DNA of 43,797 nucleotides from Lachnospiraceae bacterium. Its GTDB lineage: Bacteria; Bacillota; Clostridia; Lachnospirales; Lachnospiraceae. Position 1 is the first letter of the stretch; every line of letters starts with the position of its first letter. The notes beneath the pieces are model-generated. The model did no database searches. It was not told the origin of the DNA and was given only the letters and a program-made list of their open reading frames with translations. Of this stretch, positions 42,400 to 43,797 are shown in pieces. The DNA is taken from assembly GCA_029052995.1 (NCBI GenBank), contig JAIDHZ010000345.1, forward strand, positions 1 to 43,797, in the 5' to 3' direction. Both the position numbers and the translations under genes were made by a program.

Positions 42400-43797
42400 T
42401 CACTCCCCATGCCCTGCTGCCCTGGTATAATGCTCTACAATCATTTGCTGCGCCTGTTCATTATAATAAATGTCCTGATATTCCGTTCCTTTTTTACTAA
42501 TCCTCGAACCAAGAGAAAGCCCTGCCAATACTCCTTTTTCCGTGACATTTTTCCTCTGCATCTTTCCATAAAAAGTCTGGACTGCCATTTCCTGCGACAT
42601 TATGTAGCGAAAAATTTCCGCACCGGAAATTTTCTTTGTGATCTCCGGGTCACGAAGCTTATTAAGGTTCTCGGCTATCTCTGTCACAAGATATTTCTCC
42701 TCATACGGAAATTGTGCTGCCTGCCCTGCTGTCAAGAAAAAATCCTGTTTTGCCGTCTCCATTTTCGCATTTTTTTCTTTTTTCAGACTAAAATCCGGCA
42801 TCTCTCCCACTTCCCCAAAATAAAGCTTTTCACTTTTACCATTGGTAAACACTGCAATTTTTTCAGCAAAGCGGTCTCCATATTTTTTAAGCTTATTTTC
42901 ACCCACTCCTGAAACCCCAAGCATTTCTTCCTTTGTCAGGGGAACCTTTATGCACATATCCACCAATGTTTTATCAGAAAACACCAAATACGGTGGAATG
43001 CTTTCCTCTTTCGCTATTGCCGTTCGCAATTCCCTCAATGTATCGAACAAAGAAAGCCCTCTGCTGTTAAGGATATCAGATTTTCTCTGTTTGTTTTTTA
43101 AATGGGCACTCCTGTTTAATGATTCTGCCGAATGAGCTGCATCATTGAGTTCTTCCTTTATTTTTCTAAGGACCACTTTTCTTTCCCCATTTAATAATGC
43201 CCTTCCCTGCGCTGTAATCTTTATCAGGGCATATCTGTCCTTCGTTCTATTTAACAGCCCGTCTGCCGTCATCTGTTCTATAATCTCTTTGATAACCGGT
43301 TCTGTCAGTTCGCTTAAGGTGCCATAGGACCGGTATTGTGACACATTATATTCCCGGAGCTTTGCACGGTTATCCCCCCGTAATGTCCCGCTAATAACAT
43401 TTATCCCATACCGCTGCCTTAACTCCAACACACATTCTACTATTTTGACAGCTTCTCCCGTTACATCGATCTCTTCAAACTCCTTTTCACAATTAGAGCA
43501 GTTCCCGCATTTATGTTCTCCTTGTTCGCCAAAATACTTAAGTATATATTCCCTCAGGCAGTTTTTTGTAGTACAGTACCATACCATCATCTGCAGCCGT
43601 TCCTCATCCCGCTCCCTGACTGCCCTCATTTCTTCCTCCGTAAATTCTGAATTCCCCTCTTTGTTGTTTAGCAGAAAACGATTGATTACAGTATCCTGGG
43701 CAGAGTATAGCAAAATGCACTCCGAAGGCTCCCCGTCCCTTCCGGCACGTCCTGCTTCCTGATAGTAGTTTTCCATACTCTGGGGCATATTGTAATG
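42400..43797 (-). CDS. recQ: ATP-dependent DNA helicase RecQ, 3-prime part (N-terminus beyond the window edge)
   Basis: The reading frame is open to the window end. Helicase motif VI is QEAGRAGRDG. A Zn-binding Cys cluster is CTTKNC...HKCGNCSNC. The HRDC domain is LFDTLRELRTAIAKEESIPPYLVFSDKTLVDMC. About 140 aa follow the HRDC domain. Confidence 0.9.
   Translation of the reverse strand, partial: HYNMPQSMENYYQEAGRAGRDGEPSECILLYSAQDTVINRFLLNNKEGNSEFTEEEMRAVRERDEERLQMMVWYCTTKNCLREYILKYFGEQGEHKCGNCSNCEKEFEEIDVTGEAVKIVECVLELRQRYGINVISGTLRGDNRAKLREYNVSQYRSYGTLSELTEPVIKEIIEQMTADGLLNRTKDRYALIKITAQGRALLNGERKVVLRKIKEELNDAAHSAESLNRSAHLKNKQRKSDILNSRGLSLFDTLRELRTAIAKEESIPPYLVFSDKTLVDMCIKVPLTKEEMLGVSGVGENKLKKYGDRFAEKIAVFTNGKSEKLYFGEVGEMPDFSLKKEKNAKMETAKQDFFLTAGQAAQFPYEEKYLVTEIAENLNKLRDPEITKKISGAEIFRYIMSQEMAVQTFYGKMQRKNVTEKGVLAGLSLGSRISKKGTEYQDIYYNEQAQQMIVEHYTRAAGHGE

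Noticed and set aside
1-43797. Search by eye for CRISPR arrays, tRNA/rRNA genes, reverse transcriptase (retron, DGR, group II intron) and T-box leaders.
   Set aside because: I found no regularly spaced direct repeats, no tRNA-like GTTCGAATC arms in cloverleaf context, no RT motifs (YxDD) in any sizeable ORF and no leader long enough for a T-box. A covariance-model scan would still be needed to be certain.

Overview
The window looks like a chromosomal segment from a low-GC Gram-positive anaerobe. Protein sequences suggest Clostridia, possibly Lachnospiraceae, but I cannot verify that here. Almost all genes are on the minus strand. I saw no rRNA, tRNA or CRISPR array.

Gene order, left to right:
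- 1-2454: the integrase-proximal end of an integrated element (NYN-domain gene, a 28-codon holin-like mini-toxin facing a near-consensus antisense promoter, and a tyrosine integrase). It abuts the tuf terminator.
- 2468-7428: the str operon, rpsL-rpsG-fusA-tuf, with unusually long intercistronic spacers.
- 7486-11158: a MacAB-type ABC efflux operon.
- 11426-14823: a DNA-repair run of nfo, xth, deoC and RNase HI.
- 14886-15227: a small unknown gene.
- 15357-22228: a tightly packed four-gene operon of unknown function (1190-aa beta-sandwich plus helical-repeat protein, a lidless Hsp70-like protein with degenerate motifs, a TPR protein, and a coiled-coil membrane protein).
- 22395-28875: a CobD/HisC-like aminotransferase, phosphoglucomutase, a PEGA lipoprotein, a CotS-like kinase and an unknown 197-aa protein.
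- 29066-29643: two fused gene remnants.
- 29715-33884: cca, archaeal-type proS and an AI-2E/YtvI-like permease.
- 34271-36192: a sigma factor with a PepSY membrane partner.
- 36193-41378: an accessory-looking patch with a GNAT, a Mor-like HTH, an XRE-TPR regulator, a split HipA-like kinase pair and a DEAH-helicase remnant.
- 41435-43797: an SDR and a partial recQ.

The best candidates for something undescribed are the four-gene Hsp70-like/TPR/giant-protein operon and the bipartite HipS/HipT-like kinase module. Next is the type I toxin-antitoxin-like locus in the island. All family assignments come from reading motifs by eye. No database search was run.
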